64,000 bases of DNA from an uncultured Acidobacteriota bacterium (GTDB taxonomy: Bacteria > Acidobacteriota > Vicinamibacteria > Vicinamibacterales > JAKQTR01): contig CAWICP010000018.1 in assembly GCA_963834645.1 (NCBI GenBank), positions 2,534-66,533 on the forward strand, given 5' to 3'. Made by a program: the position numbers and the translations under genes. The notes under the pieces are model-generated. The model did not search any database and had not been told where the DNA came from. It worked only from the letters and a program-made list of their open reading frames with translations. Shown piece after piece: positions 1 to 8,610 of the stretch; position 1 is the first letter of the stretch, and every line of letters begins with the position of its first letter.

Positions 1-705
1 CGCATGCCCAGCGCCGCCTCCTGCACGTACCACTGCAGGCCTGGCTCTTCTCCGAACACTGCCGGCGGATACCCCAGCTTCGCGACCCCCTGGCTGTCCG
101 GGCCGGAAGACGTCACTCCCCCGCTTGCGACCATCGCCGGCGTCAGCAGGCGTGCCGATCTCGGGGCCGCCCCAGGGATGCGCACCAGCGCGACGGGCTG
201 CGCGGCGCTGAAGAACGCCTCCGCGCGCGTGCCGCCCGCGAAGTGCGCGCGGCCCTCGGCCGTCGCGAGGTTCAGTTCGAACGTCTCGATGCGCTGTCCC
301 GGATCGAGCGTGATCTCGATTCGCCCCGCCGGGATCTTGGTCGGGTGTGAGTCGCGATAGGCGCGGTCGAACACGTCGTCGATGTACTTGTAGTCCTGCT
401 CGGCCACTGTCCTGATCAGGTTGGCGTAGGTGAAGAGCTCCCAGCGCATGCCCGTCGGCTGGGCGCTCGTCCCACAGATCGCCCCGATCCAGCGAGAGGC
501 GCAGCGTCGAGCCGCCGCCCCACAGCAGGCCGCCCATCAGGCCGTTGCCGAGCGGCACGGCCTCGTCCCAGGTCTCGATGGGCGCAGCCAGCGTCAGGTT
601 CAGCTCCGGGCCGGGAAGGCGGGCCGCCCCTGGCAGCAGAGCGGCGCTGCCAGCCTCGATGAAGACCAGGCACGCCGACAGCATCGAGAAGCACGCCCGC
701 CGCAT
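1..705 (-). CDS. Secreted glycoside-hydrolase-like protein, N-terminal part (GH95-type N-terminal domain pattern); gene continues off the 5' edge of the window
   Basis: Minus-strand ATG at 705 preceded by GGAGG. It encodes MRRACFSMLSACLVFIEAGSA (signal-like), then APIETWDEAVPLGNGLMGGLLWGGGSTLRLSLDRGDLWDER, matching the W-x-EA-x-P-x-GNG...LW pattern. The frame changes near ~450 and continues FTYANLIRTVAEQDYKYIDDVFDRAYRDSHPTKIPAGRIEITLDPG to base 1. Confidence 0.45.
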   Translation of the reverse strand, partial: MRRACFSMLSACLVFIEAGSAALLPGAARLPGPELNLTLAAPIETWDEAVPLGNGLMGGLLWGGGSTLRLSLDRGDLWDERPADGHALGALHLRQPDQDSGRAGLQVHRRRVRPRLSRLTPDQDPGGANRDHARSGTAHRDVRTEPRDGRGPRALRGRHARGGVLQRRAARRAGAHPWGGPEIGTPADAGDGRKRGSDVFRPGQPGGREAGVSAGSVRRRARPAVVRAGGGAGHA

Positions 706-732
706 GGTCACCTCCTCGAAGAAGCGCTCGTG

Positions 733-1575
733 CTACTGCCCCGCCGCCGTCTTCCACGACCCGTACATCGGGTTCGGCAGCGCGATCCACTTCACGCCCC
801 ACATCGCTGCGTGCGCGTCGAGCAACGCCCGCCTTTCGGCCAGCGTTCCCCGGGCGCCCGCCACGAAGTCGCCGAAGTCGTCGCCGATGAGCAGCAGGAT
901 GCGGAAGTCCTGCGCCACGCGGCTGCGCCGCGACGACTTCTCGGAGGCCGCCCATTCGGGCCGCTCGGCGCGCGTGAGCACCGTGTCGCGGCCGGGGTCC
1001 AGCGGGAACCCGTACTTCGCCAGGTTGTCGCGCGTGGCCTGCTCGAGCGCGCGGTCCCGGTTCGTCACGTAGAACACCGCGACGCCCTTCGCCGCCGCGG
1101 CGCGCGTGAACTCGAGCGCGCCCGGAATCGGCGCGGCCTTCCGCTCGCTGCACCACTCGGCCCACCGCGCCTCGCTGTAGACGGTCCCCTCACGGATGTT
1201 GCGCTCTTCGCTCTCGCTGTTGTCGAGCACGGTTTCGTCGACATCCAGAATCACGGCCGGCGGCTTCGACGCGAAGTCGCCCGTCTGCTCGAGCGCCGCG
1301 GTCCATGTCCTGTCCGCCAGCGCCCGGTCCAGCATCAGCGCGGCGAGGCGGTACGCCTGCAGGGCCGTCGCCCGGTATTCCACCGACGTGCGGAACCAGA
1401 CGAGCGAGTCGGGAAGCGGGATCTTCGCGGGCGTGGCGGCGGCTGGCGGGGCGGCCGGCGCGGCCGCGGGCGGCGCCGTGCGGCTGGCGCAGGCGGCCGA
1501 GGCGAGAGGGCCAGTGCGACAGGACGGCGGACAAGGAGGCGCGTGCGTCATGCCGCCATCGTGCCACAGGCGCAC
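733..1575 (-). CDS. 5'-nucleotidase, lipoprotein e(P4) family / class B acid phosphatase (HAD-IIIB)
   Basis: Intact 280-aa ORF. HAD motifs VILDVDETVLDNS, VFYVTNR and LLIGDDFGDF are present. N-terminal lipobox-like LASAAC; the alternative start MTHAPP is at 1551. Confidence 0.8.
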   Translation of the reverse strand: MRLWHDGGMTHAPPCPPSCRTGPLASAACASRTAPPAAAPAAPPAAATPAKIPLPDSLVWFRTSVEYRATALQAYRLAALMLDRALADRTWTAALEQTGDFASKPPAVILDVDETVLDNSESEERNIREGTVYSEARWAEWCSERKAAPIPGALEFTRAAAAKGVAVFYVTNRDRALEQATRDNLAKYGFPLDPGRDTVLTRAERPEWAASEKSSRRSRVAQDFRILLLIGDDFGDFVAGARGTLAERRALLDAHAAMWGVKWIALPNPMYGSWKTAAGQ

Positions 1576-1761
1576 CGTCGCGACTACGTGCGGATGCCGC
1601 GGCGGACGAGCCGTACGAGCAGGCCGCGCACGATGGCTGGAACCACGAGCGGGCGAGGGTCCCGGCGCGCGTAGCGGTCGAGCGGAAGCGCCTCGCGGAA
1701 GCCGTCGGACGAGGAGGTCCCGGCCTGCGAGGGCCGACGCGAGCCGCGCGCGGCGCTCCGT

Positions 1762-2904
1762 CTACAGCTTCGCGCCGATCAGGCGCCGGCCGGCCGCGGC
1801 CGCCAGCGCCAGCGTGCCGAAGCGCTCGCGGTACATCCGGGCGTAGAGCCGCCCCGTGTCCTTCGGCGGGACCCGTGCGCCGGGATTCGCCGCGAGCCGC
1901 ACGGCACCCGTCGCGCACGTCGTGACGCAGAGGCCGCACCCGATGCAGCGCTCCATCTTCACGGCCGCCGGGCCCGCGTCGCAGGCGATGGCCTCCATCT
2001 GGCAGCGCGTCTCGCACACCAGGCAGCTGTTGCACAGGCCGGCGTCCACCTCGGCGTGGAAGTTGGTGGCGAAAAACGACGCGGGGTTCGGGAGCTTCTT
2101 CGCCGTGGTCAGCACGCCGCAACAGCAGCCGCAGCAGCAGCAGATAAACAGCGGGTCCTGCGTGTTCTGGGGCTGGACCACCAGGCCCTCGCCATCGGCG
2201 CGCGCGAGGAACTCGAGCGTCTCGTCCCTGCTGATGAACCGCGCGGGGCCGCGGGCGACCATCGACTCCGCCGCCATGCCTATCGTCAGGCAGTGCTCGC
2301 GATCGGCCGTCTGACGGCAGGGTTCGCCGACGAGGTCCTTGCCCTGCTGGCAGATGCAGTTCATCACCGCGAACGGACCCGGCGATGCCTGGACGAGCGC
2401 CCGGATGTCGTCGTAGCGGCCCACGGCCCGCTCGAAGGGGATCGACTCGTTGACGGGCACGGTCCGCAGCTGCGGCGAGCGGTCCGAGTGGAACGCGGCG
2501 CCGAAGGCCTCGTCGGCGTAGCGGTCCACGTCGCGCTGCAGGTCGGCGGTGAGGCGGTTGACCTGCGCCTCGTAGAAGCCCACGACAAACGGCGACTTGC
2601 CGTACATCACCCCGCGGCGCGTCGGCACGCGCTGGATCAGCCCGCGCTCGGACATCCCGTCGAGGGCCGCGGAAAGCGCCGCTCGCGCCATCGTCTTCCC
2701 CGCGCGGCGATGAATCGTGGCGATCGATTCCGGGATCGCGCTCAGGCACAGCGCCAGGCGGGCGTCCTCCGGCGAGAACAGGCGCCTGAGGATGCTGAGT
2801 TCGACGCCGGACTCGGTGGCCGGAAACGGCACCGGCATCCGGTCGAGGTGCTGCTGCAGCGACCGGTAGAGTTCGTCGTCCGGGGCGAGGGCTGGCGCGG
2901 GCAT
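1762..2904 (-). CDS. 4Fe-4S dicluster domain protein with poly-cysteine motif
   Basis: ORF 1762..2988; the likely start is MPAPALAPDDELY at 2904. Two ferredoxin-type motifs (CNSCLVCETRC and CIGCGLCVTTC) plus FICCCCGCCCGVL and NCICQQG. Confidence 0.7.
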   Translation of the reverse strand: MPAPALAPDDELYRSLQQHLDRMPVPFPATESGVELSILRRLFSPEDARLALCLSAIPESIATIHRRAGKTMARAALSAALDGMSERGLIQRVPTRRGVMYGKSPFVVGFYEAQVNRLTADLQRDVDRYADEAFGAAFHSDRSPQLRTVPVNESIPFERAVGRYDDIRALVQASPGPFAVMNCICQQGKDLVGEPCRQTADREHCLTIGMAAESMVARGPARFISRDETLEFLARADGEGLVVQPQNTQDPLFICCCCGCCCGVLTTAKKLPNPASFFATNFHAEVDAGLCNSCLVCETRCQMEAIACDAGPAAVKMERCIGCGLCVTTCATGAVRLAANPGARVPPKDTGRLYARMYRERFGTLALAAAAGRRLIGAKL

Positions 2905-2972
2905 GAGGGACCTCTCTCCCGCCATTCTAATGCGCTCCCGGCCGGCGGACGGCACCGAACCGGCCCGCGGCC

Positions 2973-3947
2973 CTACAGGGGCAGCCACGTGCCGAGCCCG
3001 CGGGCGCGGGCGCGTCGGTACACTTCCGGCGCCACGGCCATGTCGTCGAGCGCCAGGCCGAGGTTCATGGCCATCGTCCGTTCGTCCGCGCGCTCGCGGC
3101 CCGGCTTGCGGCCGCCGACCAGCTCGCCGAGGTCGGCATACGGATCCGGCGTCTTCTGGAAGTAGCCGACGCGGCGGTAGTACTGGAACTGCGCGTGATC
3201 GTCGGTGGCGATCTTGTCGATGTGCGCGAGCGCCTCCTCCGTCCAGTAGCTGTCGAAGTCGACCGCCGACGCGAAGGCGCCGGGCTTCAGCCAGTCTCCC
3301 GCAATCGTCGGAGCCGGGTGCTTCAGGATCGGCCCCGACGTCACCACGACGTCGCTCGCGGCAACCGCCTCACGCACCTCCCGGACGCCGACAATCTCGA
3401 TGTCGAGCGCGGCGGACATCTCGGCCACGAACCGCCGCTGGACCGCCGCATCGGTGTCGAAGGCATAGGCTCTCGTCAGCGGAAGCACCTCGGCAAGCGC
3501 CAGCAGGTTGGTCCGGCCCTGGAAGCCGCACGCGATGATGCCCGCCGTCGCGCTCTCGCGGCGGGCGAGGTGCTTCGCGGCGACGGCCGTCGCCGCGCCC
3601 GTCCGGTATCCGGTGATCCACGTGCAGTCCATGACGGCGTACGGCACGCACGTCTGCACGTCGTTGAGGATGATCAGCCCCGAGATGTACGGCAGGCCGC
3701 GCGGGGGGTTCGCCGGGTTCCCGCCGACCCACTTCACGCCCGCCGATTGCATCCCGGCGATGTACGCCGGCATGGCGTGGATGAAGGCGTCCGGCTGCGG
3801 GTGGATGCCCGGCTTGGGCGGCATCTCGACGCGGCCGGCGGCCTTCTCGCGAAACCCCTCCTCGACCAGCGCGATGACGGCGGCCATGTCGACGCCGGCG
3901 GCCTCGACGTCCGCACGCGACAGATACAGCAATTCGCCTTGCGTCAT
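2973..3947 (-). CDS. Ornithine cyclodeaminase / mu-crystallin family protein
   Basis: Intact ORF; likely start MTQGELLYLSRADV at 3947. Typical family stretches GLIILNDVQTCVPYAVMDCTWITGYRTGAATAVAAKHLAR and IIACGFQGR (Rossmann). Confidence 0.85.
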   Translation of the reverse strand: MTQGELLYLSRADVEAAGVDMAAVIALVEEGFREKAAGRVEMPPKPGIHPQPDAFIHAMPAYIAGMQSAGVKWVGGNPANPPRGLPYISGLIILNDVQTCVPYAVMDCTWITGYRTGAATAVAAKHLARRESATAGIIACGFQGRTNLLALAEVLPLTRAYAFDTDAAVQRRFVAEMSAALDIEIVGVREVREAVAASDVVVTSGPILKHPAPTIAGDWLKPGAFASAVDFDSYWTEEALAHIDKIATDDHAQFQYYRRVGYFQKTPDPYADLGELVGGRKPGRERADERTMAMNLGLALDDMAVAPEVYRRARARGLGTWLPL

Positions 3948-3994
3948 CGGTCTCCCGACCGCGACTGCGTCACCCGCTTCGCCAGCGGGACGGG

Positions 3995-5114
3995 CTACAT
4001 GCCTTCGCCCGTCGTGCACTCCGTCACGAACGTCCTCTTACGCTTGTTCGGGTTCTCGATGATCTCGAAGAACTCGTTCAGGTACTTCTCGGTCGACCTG
4101 ATGTGCCCGGCTTCGAGCCCCAGGGCGGCGAGCGTCGCCGGCAGCGCGAGCAGTTCCGCCTTCTTCTCCAGGAACGGTGTGAGCGCCTGCTCCACGTCCG
4201 CCTCCGTCTTGCACGGCCCGCGCCAGCGCCGCTCCCTCACCGAGCTCAGGTTGAGGTCCTTGAACGGGACCGCGTAGTGCGTGTTGACGAGGCCGGAGTA
4301 GTCGAAGTCGTACGGCACGGTGAGGCGGACGCCCTTGGCGTCATCGATCATGATCACGTTGTGCAGCGCGAGGATCGAGTAGTCCGTGTTGGCGATCATG
4401 TACTGGAACAGCGACATGAACATCAACTGGTCCTGATCGACGTACCTGAACATCTGCCGGGGCACCGACAGCTCGCGCGCGTGCATCCGCTTCGCCAGGT
4501 CGTCGATGTCCTCGAAGAACAGGCCGAGCCGCGTGTCGGGCTTCTTGCCGGGCTGGCTGTCGGCGTAGGTCACGTTCGCGAGGCGCACGCGCAGGGAGTG
4601 TGGAGTCAGCAGGTTGTGCAGGCGGTTCGCCAGGTACTCCTTGAGCGTGTACTGCAGGTAGATGCCTTCGCTCTGGCAGTGCACGCCGAGCTTGAGGTTG
4701 CCGTGCCCCTCGAAGACGCGTGCCCTTCGTCCCGTCCTTCGGGAGTTCGAGGCGCAACGGCGCGAACTCGCAGACACGCGGCTTGCGGCGGGAGTGCCCG
4801 CGCGTCCGAAGCTGCATCGGAACGGGCGTGCCCGCCGTGCCGTCCTTCACGATCGTCAGGGTGCCGGGGTAGAGCTTCTTGCTGTCGACGTCCCGGTCGC
4901 GCTGGACCGCCTTCCAGTCGGCGGTGAGGGTGATCTCGATGGGCTCCTGGCTCGCGAAGAGCGGAAGCGCCTCGGCCTCGGCCTTCCGCTTCTGGAGCGT
5001 CGCCTCGTCGGGCGGCCACGGCTTCGGGGGCTTGGCCTGCTTCTCGGCCGCCGCGGCGGCCGGCTTCTGCGCCTGCGGACCCACGGCGGCCGTCTCGGCG
5101 CCCGCCAGCAGGGC
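3995..5114 (-). CDS. CotH-like (atypical-kinase-like) secreted protein, tandem unit B; no start codon of its own, one frame break near ~4750
   Basis: GPQAQKPAAAAAEKQAKPPKPWPPDEATLQKRKAEAEALPLFASQEPIEITLTADWKAVQRDRDVD...CEFAPLRLELPKDGTKGT continues in another frame as VFEGHGNLKLGVHCQSEGIYLQYTLKEYLANRL...LFQYMIANTDYSILALHNVIMIDDAKGVRLTVPYDFDYSGLV. The N-x-D...HN...P-Y-D-F-D pattern resembles CotH/HipA-type catalytic motifs. Stop at 3995. Confidence 0.5.
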
Positions 5115-5904
5115 GTGCCGATCATGTACTGGAACAGCGACATCAGGAGGAGCGACGGCTGATCGAGGATCCTGAAGGCCAGGCCGCTGCACGCGCCTGC
5201 TCGTGCGCCTCCATGCGCTTCGCCAGGTCGTCCGACGTCCTCGAAGAAGATCCCGAGCTTCGTGAACGGCGCCTTGCCGCGCGTCGGAGTCGACGTAGGT
5301 GACGTTCAGCGAGGCGCGACGCGAAGCGAGCGCGGCGTGAGCACGCTGGAAGATGCGGTTCGCGAGGTGCTCCTTGAGCGTGTACTGCTGGTAGACGTGC
5401 CCTGGCTCTGGCAGTGCGTGCCGAGCTTCACGGCGCGCTGGCCCTCGAAGATCGTGCCCTCGACGTCGGCCTTCTGGAACTCGAGCCGCAGCGGCGCGAA
5501 CTCGCAGAGCCGCGGGTTGCGCCGGACGTTCCCGCGCGTCCGAAGCTGGATCGGAATCGCCGGCCCGGCGACGCCGTCCGTCGCGATCGCGAGCGTGCCG
5601 GGGTACAGGGTCTTGCTCGTCGACGTTCCGGTCGCTCTGCACCTTCTTGAAGTCGGCGGTGATCGTCACGTCGATGGGATCGAAGCTCGCGAAGAGCGGC
5701 AGCTCCTCGGCCTCGGCGCTGCCGCTTGCGGAGCGTCGTCCGCGTCGGGCGGCCAGGGCTTCGGGGGCCTTGACCTGCTGCTCGGCCGCCGCGGCGGCCG
5801 GCTTCTGGGCCTGCGGGCCGGCTGGGCGCGGCCGTGTCCGGCGCCAGCCAGCACGGCGGCCAGCACAACCGCCAGAGCGAGCGCCGGAAGAATCGAGTCA
5901 GCAT
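5115..5904 (-). pseudogene. CotH-like tandem unit A: signal peptide plus the N-terminal two thirds only, multiply frame-broken, ending abruptly after LFQYMIG
   Basis: GGAGG-N4-ATG at 5904 (MLTRFF). A signal-like ALALAVVLAAVLAGA lies in a second frame. Then GPQAQKPAAAAAEQQVKAP...AEAEELPLFASFDPIDVTITADFKKVQSDRNVDEQD...VYQQYTLKEHLANRIFQ...LNVTYVDS...LLMSLFQYMIG. All of this parallels unit B. Confidence 0.45.
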
Positions 5905-5918
5905 GGCGCCTCCTCGGG

Positions 5919-6699
5919 TCAGGAGCGCGGATCGCATGTGCAGCACGCGGGCTCGTGGCTACGCCTCCGCGCGTCCTCGCGCGTCGGCGTCAACGGCGCG
6001 TAATCGAGCGCGCCCAGCCCAATCCGGTACTTCGACACCGGGCTCGGCGCCAGCTTGAACGTCTCCACCAGCTGCCTGAACAGCGCCGGCACCTCGACGC
6101 GGTACTTGAGCTCGACGATGCACTGGCCTTCGATGAGGGGAAAACCCACGCCCGGGATGAACGCCCGGTCGGGCATCGGCAGCACCCGCAGGTTGGTGTC
6201 GATGGTCATCCGCATCGGTGCCCGCGCTCGCCACGCCCACGCGCGCCGTCCGGTCGTACGACATCTGGATGAGCGGGTTCAGACGGCGCAGCAGCACGCG
6301 CCGATGGAACCAGTAGCCCGGCCACGAGGCGACGGGCATCGGCCCCGCCAGGTGCTCCATCTCGGCCATCGGGACCGTCGTCCGCCGCTTGGCCAGCAGC
6401 CGGCTCGTCCTGAACTTGCGCTCGAGGAAGACGATGTCCGACTCGCCGTAGCGGCGGATGCGGAACTTGCTCCGCCCGTACGAGCCGTGGCGGTGATAGA
6501 CGTCGAAGCCCGGCGTCTCGAAGTAGAGGCTCGTCGTGGTGTATTCGTCGCCGTGGGCGCCGGCGCCGAAGTGGTCGCGGGCGAGGTGGGCGCGCGCCCA
6601 CTCGCGCAGCGCCGGGGCCTGCGCCTCGTCGACGAGGAACTTCAGCTCGCGGGCGAAGTCGCGCGTCTCGCGGGAATCGACGAGGGGGGCATTCGACAC
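5919..6699 (-). CDS. VTC-domain (polyphosphate-polymerase-like, triphosphate tunnel) protein; one frame break near ~6220
   Basis: MSNAPLVDSRETRDFARELKFLVDEAQAPALREWARAHL...YTTTSLYFETPGFDVYHRHGSYGRSKFRIRRYG...VFLERKFR, then in a second frame MRMTIDTNLRVLPMPD...CIVELKYRVEVPALFRQLVETFKLAPSPVSKYRIGL. Confidence 0.75.
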
Positions 6700-6706
6700 C
6701 TGCGCG

Positions 6707-7396
6707 TCACTCCTCGAACACGGGACAGCGTTCGACGCGCACGCTCTGCACGCCGTCGAGCCGGTTGAGCGCCCGCACGAGCTGCTCGGGCGTGCCCGGC
6801 TCCCGCAGCTTCGCCTCGTAGGCCACGTCGATCGACACGCCGTGCTTGGCCGTCTCGATCGACTGCAGCCGCCGGTGCGAGAAATACACGTCCAGCGTGC
6901 CGCCGAGCAGCGTCTCGGCGTCGTGGCCGAGGCCGATGCGGATCCGGACGAGCAGCGGCAACCGGCCGGTGATGTAGTCGCCGGTGGCCGGCGGCTTCAT
7001 CCCGATGGCCACCACCGCCACCAGCGCCAGGCCGATGACGGCCACCAGCGGCGCGCGGGCGCCCACCGCCATCCCGACCACCACCGACAGCATCACGAAC
7101 GCCGTGTCCTGGGTGTCGCGGACCACCGTCCGGAACCGCACGATCGCCAGCGCCCCGACCAGGCTGAAGGCGAGGGCGACGTTGTCGCCGATGACCTGCG
7201 TCACCATGGCGATGAGCACGGCGAGCAGCACCAGCGTCGGGGGGAATGTCGGCGTGATGTCCACTTCGTGGCGCGACCGCCGGTAGACCAGCGCCACCAG
7301 GCCGCCGAACACCGCGGCCAGACACAGGCGGATCAGGATCTCGATCGCCGGGAGCTCGGCCCCGTCAACGAACGGCCCTTTGAAGGCTTCAAGCAT
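6707..7396 (-). CDS. DUF4956 domain membrane protein
   Basis: Intact 229-aa ORF. It shows IRLCLAAVFGGLVALVYR, FSLVGALAIVRFRTVVRDTQDTAFVMLSVVVGMAVG and a C-terminal soluble domain. The stop lies 8 nt before the VTC gene start. Confidence 0.8.
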   Translation of the reverse strand: MLEAFKGPFVDGAELPAIEILIRLCLAAVFGGLVALVYRRSRHEVDITPTFPPTLVLLAVLIAMVTQVIGDNVALAFSLVGALAIVRFRTVVRDTQDTAFVMLSVVVGMAVGARAPLVAVIGLALVAVVAIGMKPPATGDYITGRLPLLVRIRIGLGHDAETLLGGTLDVYFSHRRLQSIETAKHGVSIDVAYEAKLREPGTPEQLVRALNRLDGVQSVRVERCPVFEE

Positions 7397-7616
7397 GGAG
7401 TGTCAGCCATCTTACAGCAATCCGCGGTCCGGAGCCTGCCGAACCGTCCCGGCCGCCGGCCGGCGCCGTCGCGGACATCACCCGGGTTAGACGATCGAAC
7501 CCGGACGCCTGTTCGCCGTCGCGCTCCCGCAGGCGGCCTCATTCCGGCGGATCCCTGCTACACTTCGGCCCTGGCGGCAGGCCCCCGGTCGGAAATCCCA
7601 TCAAGGAGACTGCAGA

Positions 7617-8605
7617 ATGGCACCCCATGACGAGTTCGGCCTCACGCGGCGCGGGTTTTTTCAGGGCGTCATCGGCACGGCGGTGGCCGCCACGCTCGCG
7701 TCCCGGAGCGCGGCGGCCGACACGACCAGAGCCAAAGTCGTCAGGGTGGAGTCGCCCGACGTGTGGAAAGGCGACGCACGCCGGCCCGGAGGTCGTCGCG
7801 GCGATGGTGAACGCGGGCCTCATGTCGTTCACGGGCCAGGCGAAGGCCGACGCGGCCTGGCGGCAGTTCATGAAGCCCGGCATGCGCGTCGGCTTCAAGC
7901 TGAACCTGCTCGGCCGCCCGCTGGTCATCACGGCCCGCGAGGTGACCGACGCGGCCGTCGCGGGCGCGCTGGCCGCGGGCGTGAAGCCCGGCGACATCAC
8001 GGTGTGGGACCGCAAGCCCGAGCACTTCGGGCCGGACTCCTACGAGGCCGGCACAGGCCGCCACGGCGAGCGCGTCAAGCAGGGATCGAACTGGCACGAT
8101 TCGATGTTCGCCGAGACCAGCGGCGGGCCGGCGCCCATCGAGCGCATCGCCGTCGACGAGACCGACATCACCATCAACCTGCCGGTCATCAAGGACCACG
8201 GCGGCTGCCGGCGTCACCGGCGCCCTCAAGAACATCGCGTTCGGGTGCTACCGGAACCACCGCCAGGCCCACAGCGGCAACTGCGACCCGTACATCGCCG
8301 AGACGTACGCGCACTTCATCAAGACCACGAAGGTGCCGCTCGTCATCCTGGACGCCACCGAAGGCTGCTTCGACGGCGGGCCGGCGCCGCAGAACTCGCA
8401 GACGGTGTGGCGCGAGAACGCCATCTACGTCGCCACCGACCCGGTCGCCCTCGACGTCGCGCTCCGCGACGTGATCAACGCGAAACGCCGGCAGGCGGGC
8501 CTGCCGGAGAAGGTGCGCCAGTGCCGCCACATCGAGACGGCCGCGGCCGGCGGGCTCGGCATCGGCGACCCGGCGCGCATCGACATCGTCACCGTGAAGG
8601 TGTAG
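7617..8605 (+). CDS. DUF362 domain protein with Tat signal; frame breaks near ~7770 and ~8200
   Basis: AAGGAG lies 8 nt upstream of the ATG. MAPHDEFGLTRRGFFQGVIGTAVAATLASRSAAA is a twin-arginine signal. Pieces in three successive frames (+1 each): ...FKLNLLGRPLVITAREV...ITINLPVIKDHGG / ...VPLVILDATEGCFDGGPAP...ATDPVALDVA...GIGDPARIDIVTVKV. Confidence 0.7.
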
Positions 8606-8610
8606 CGGAG

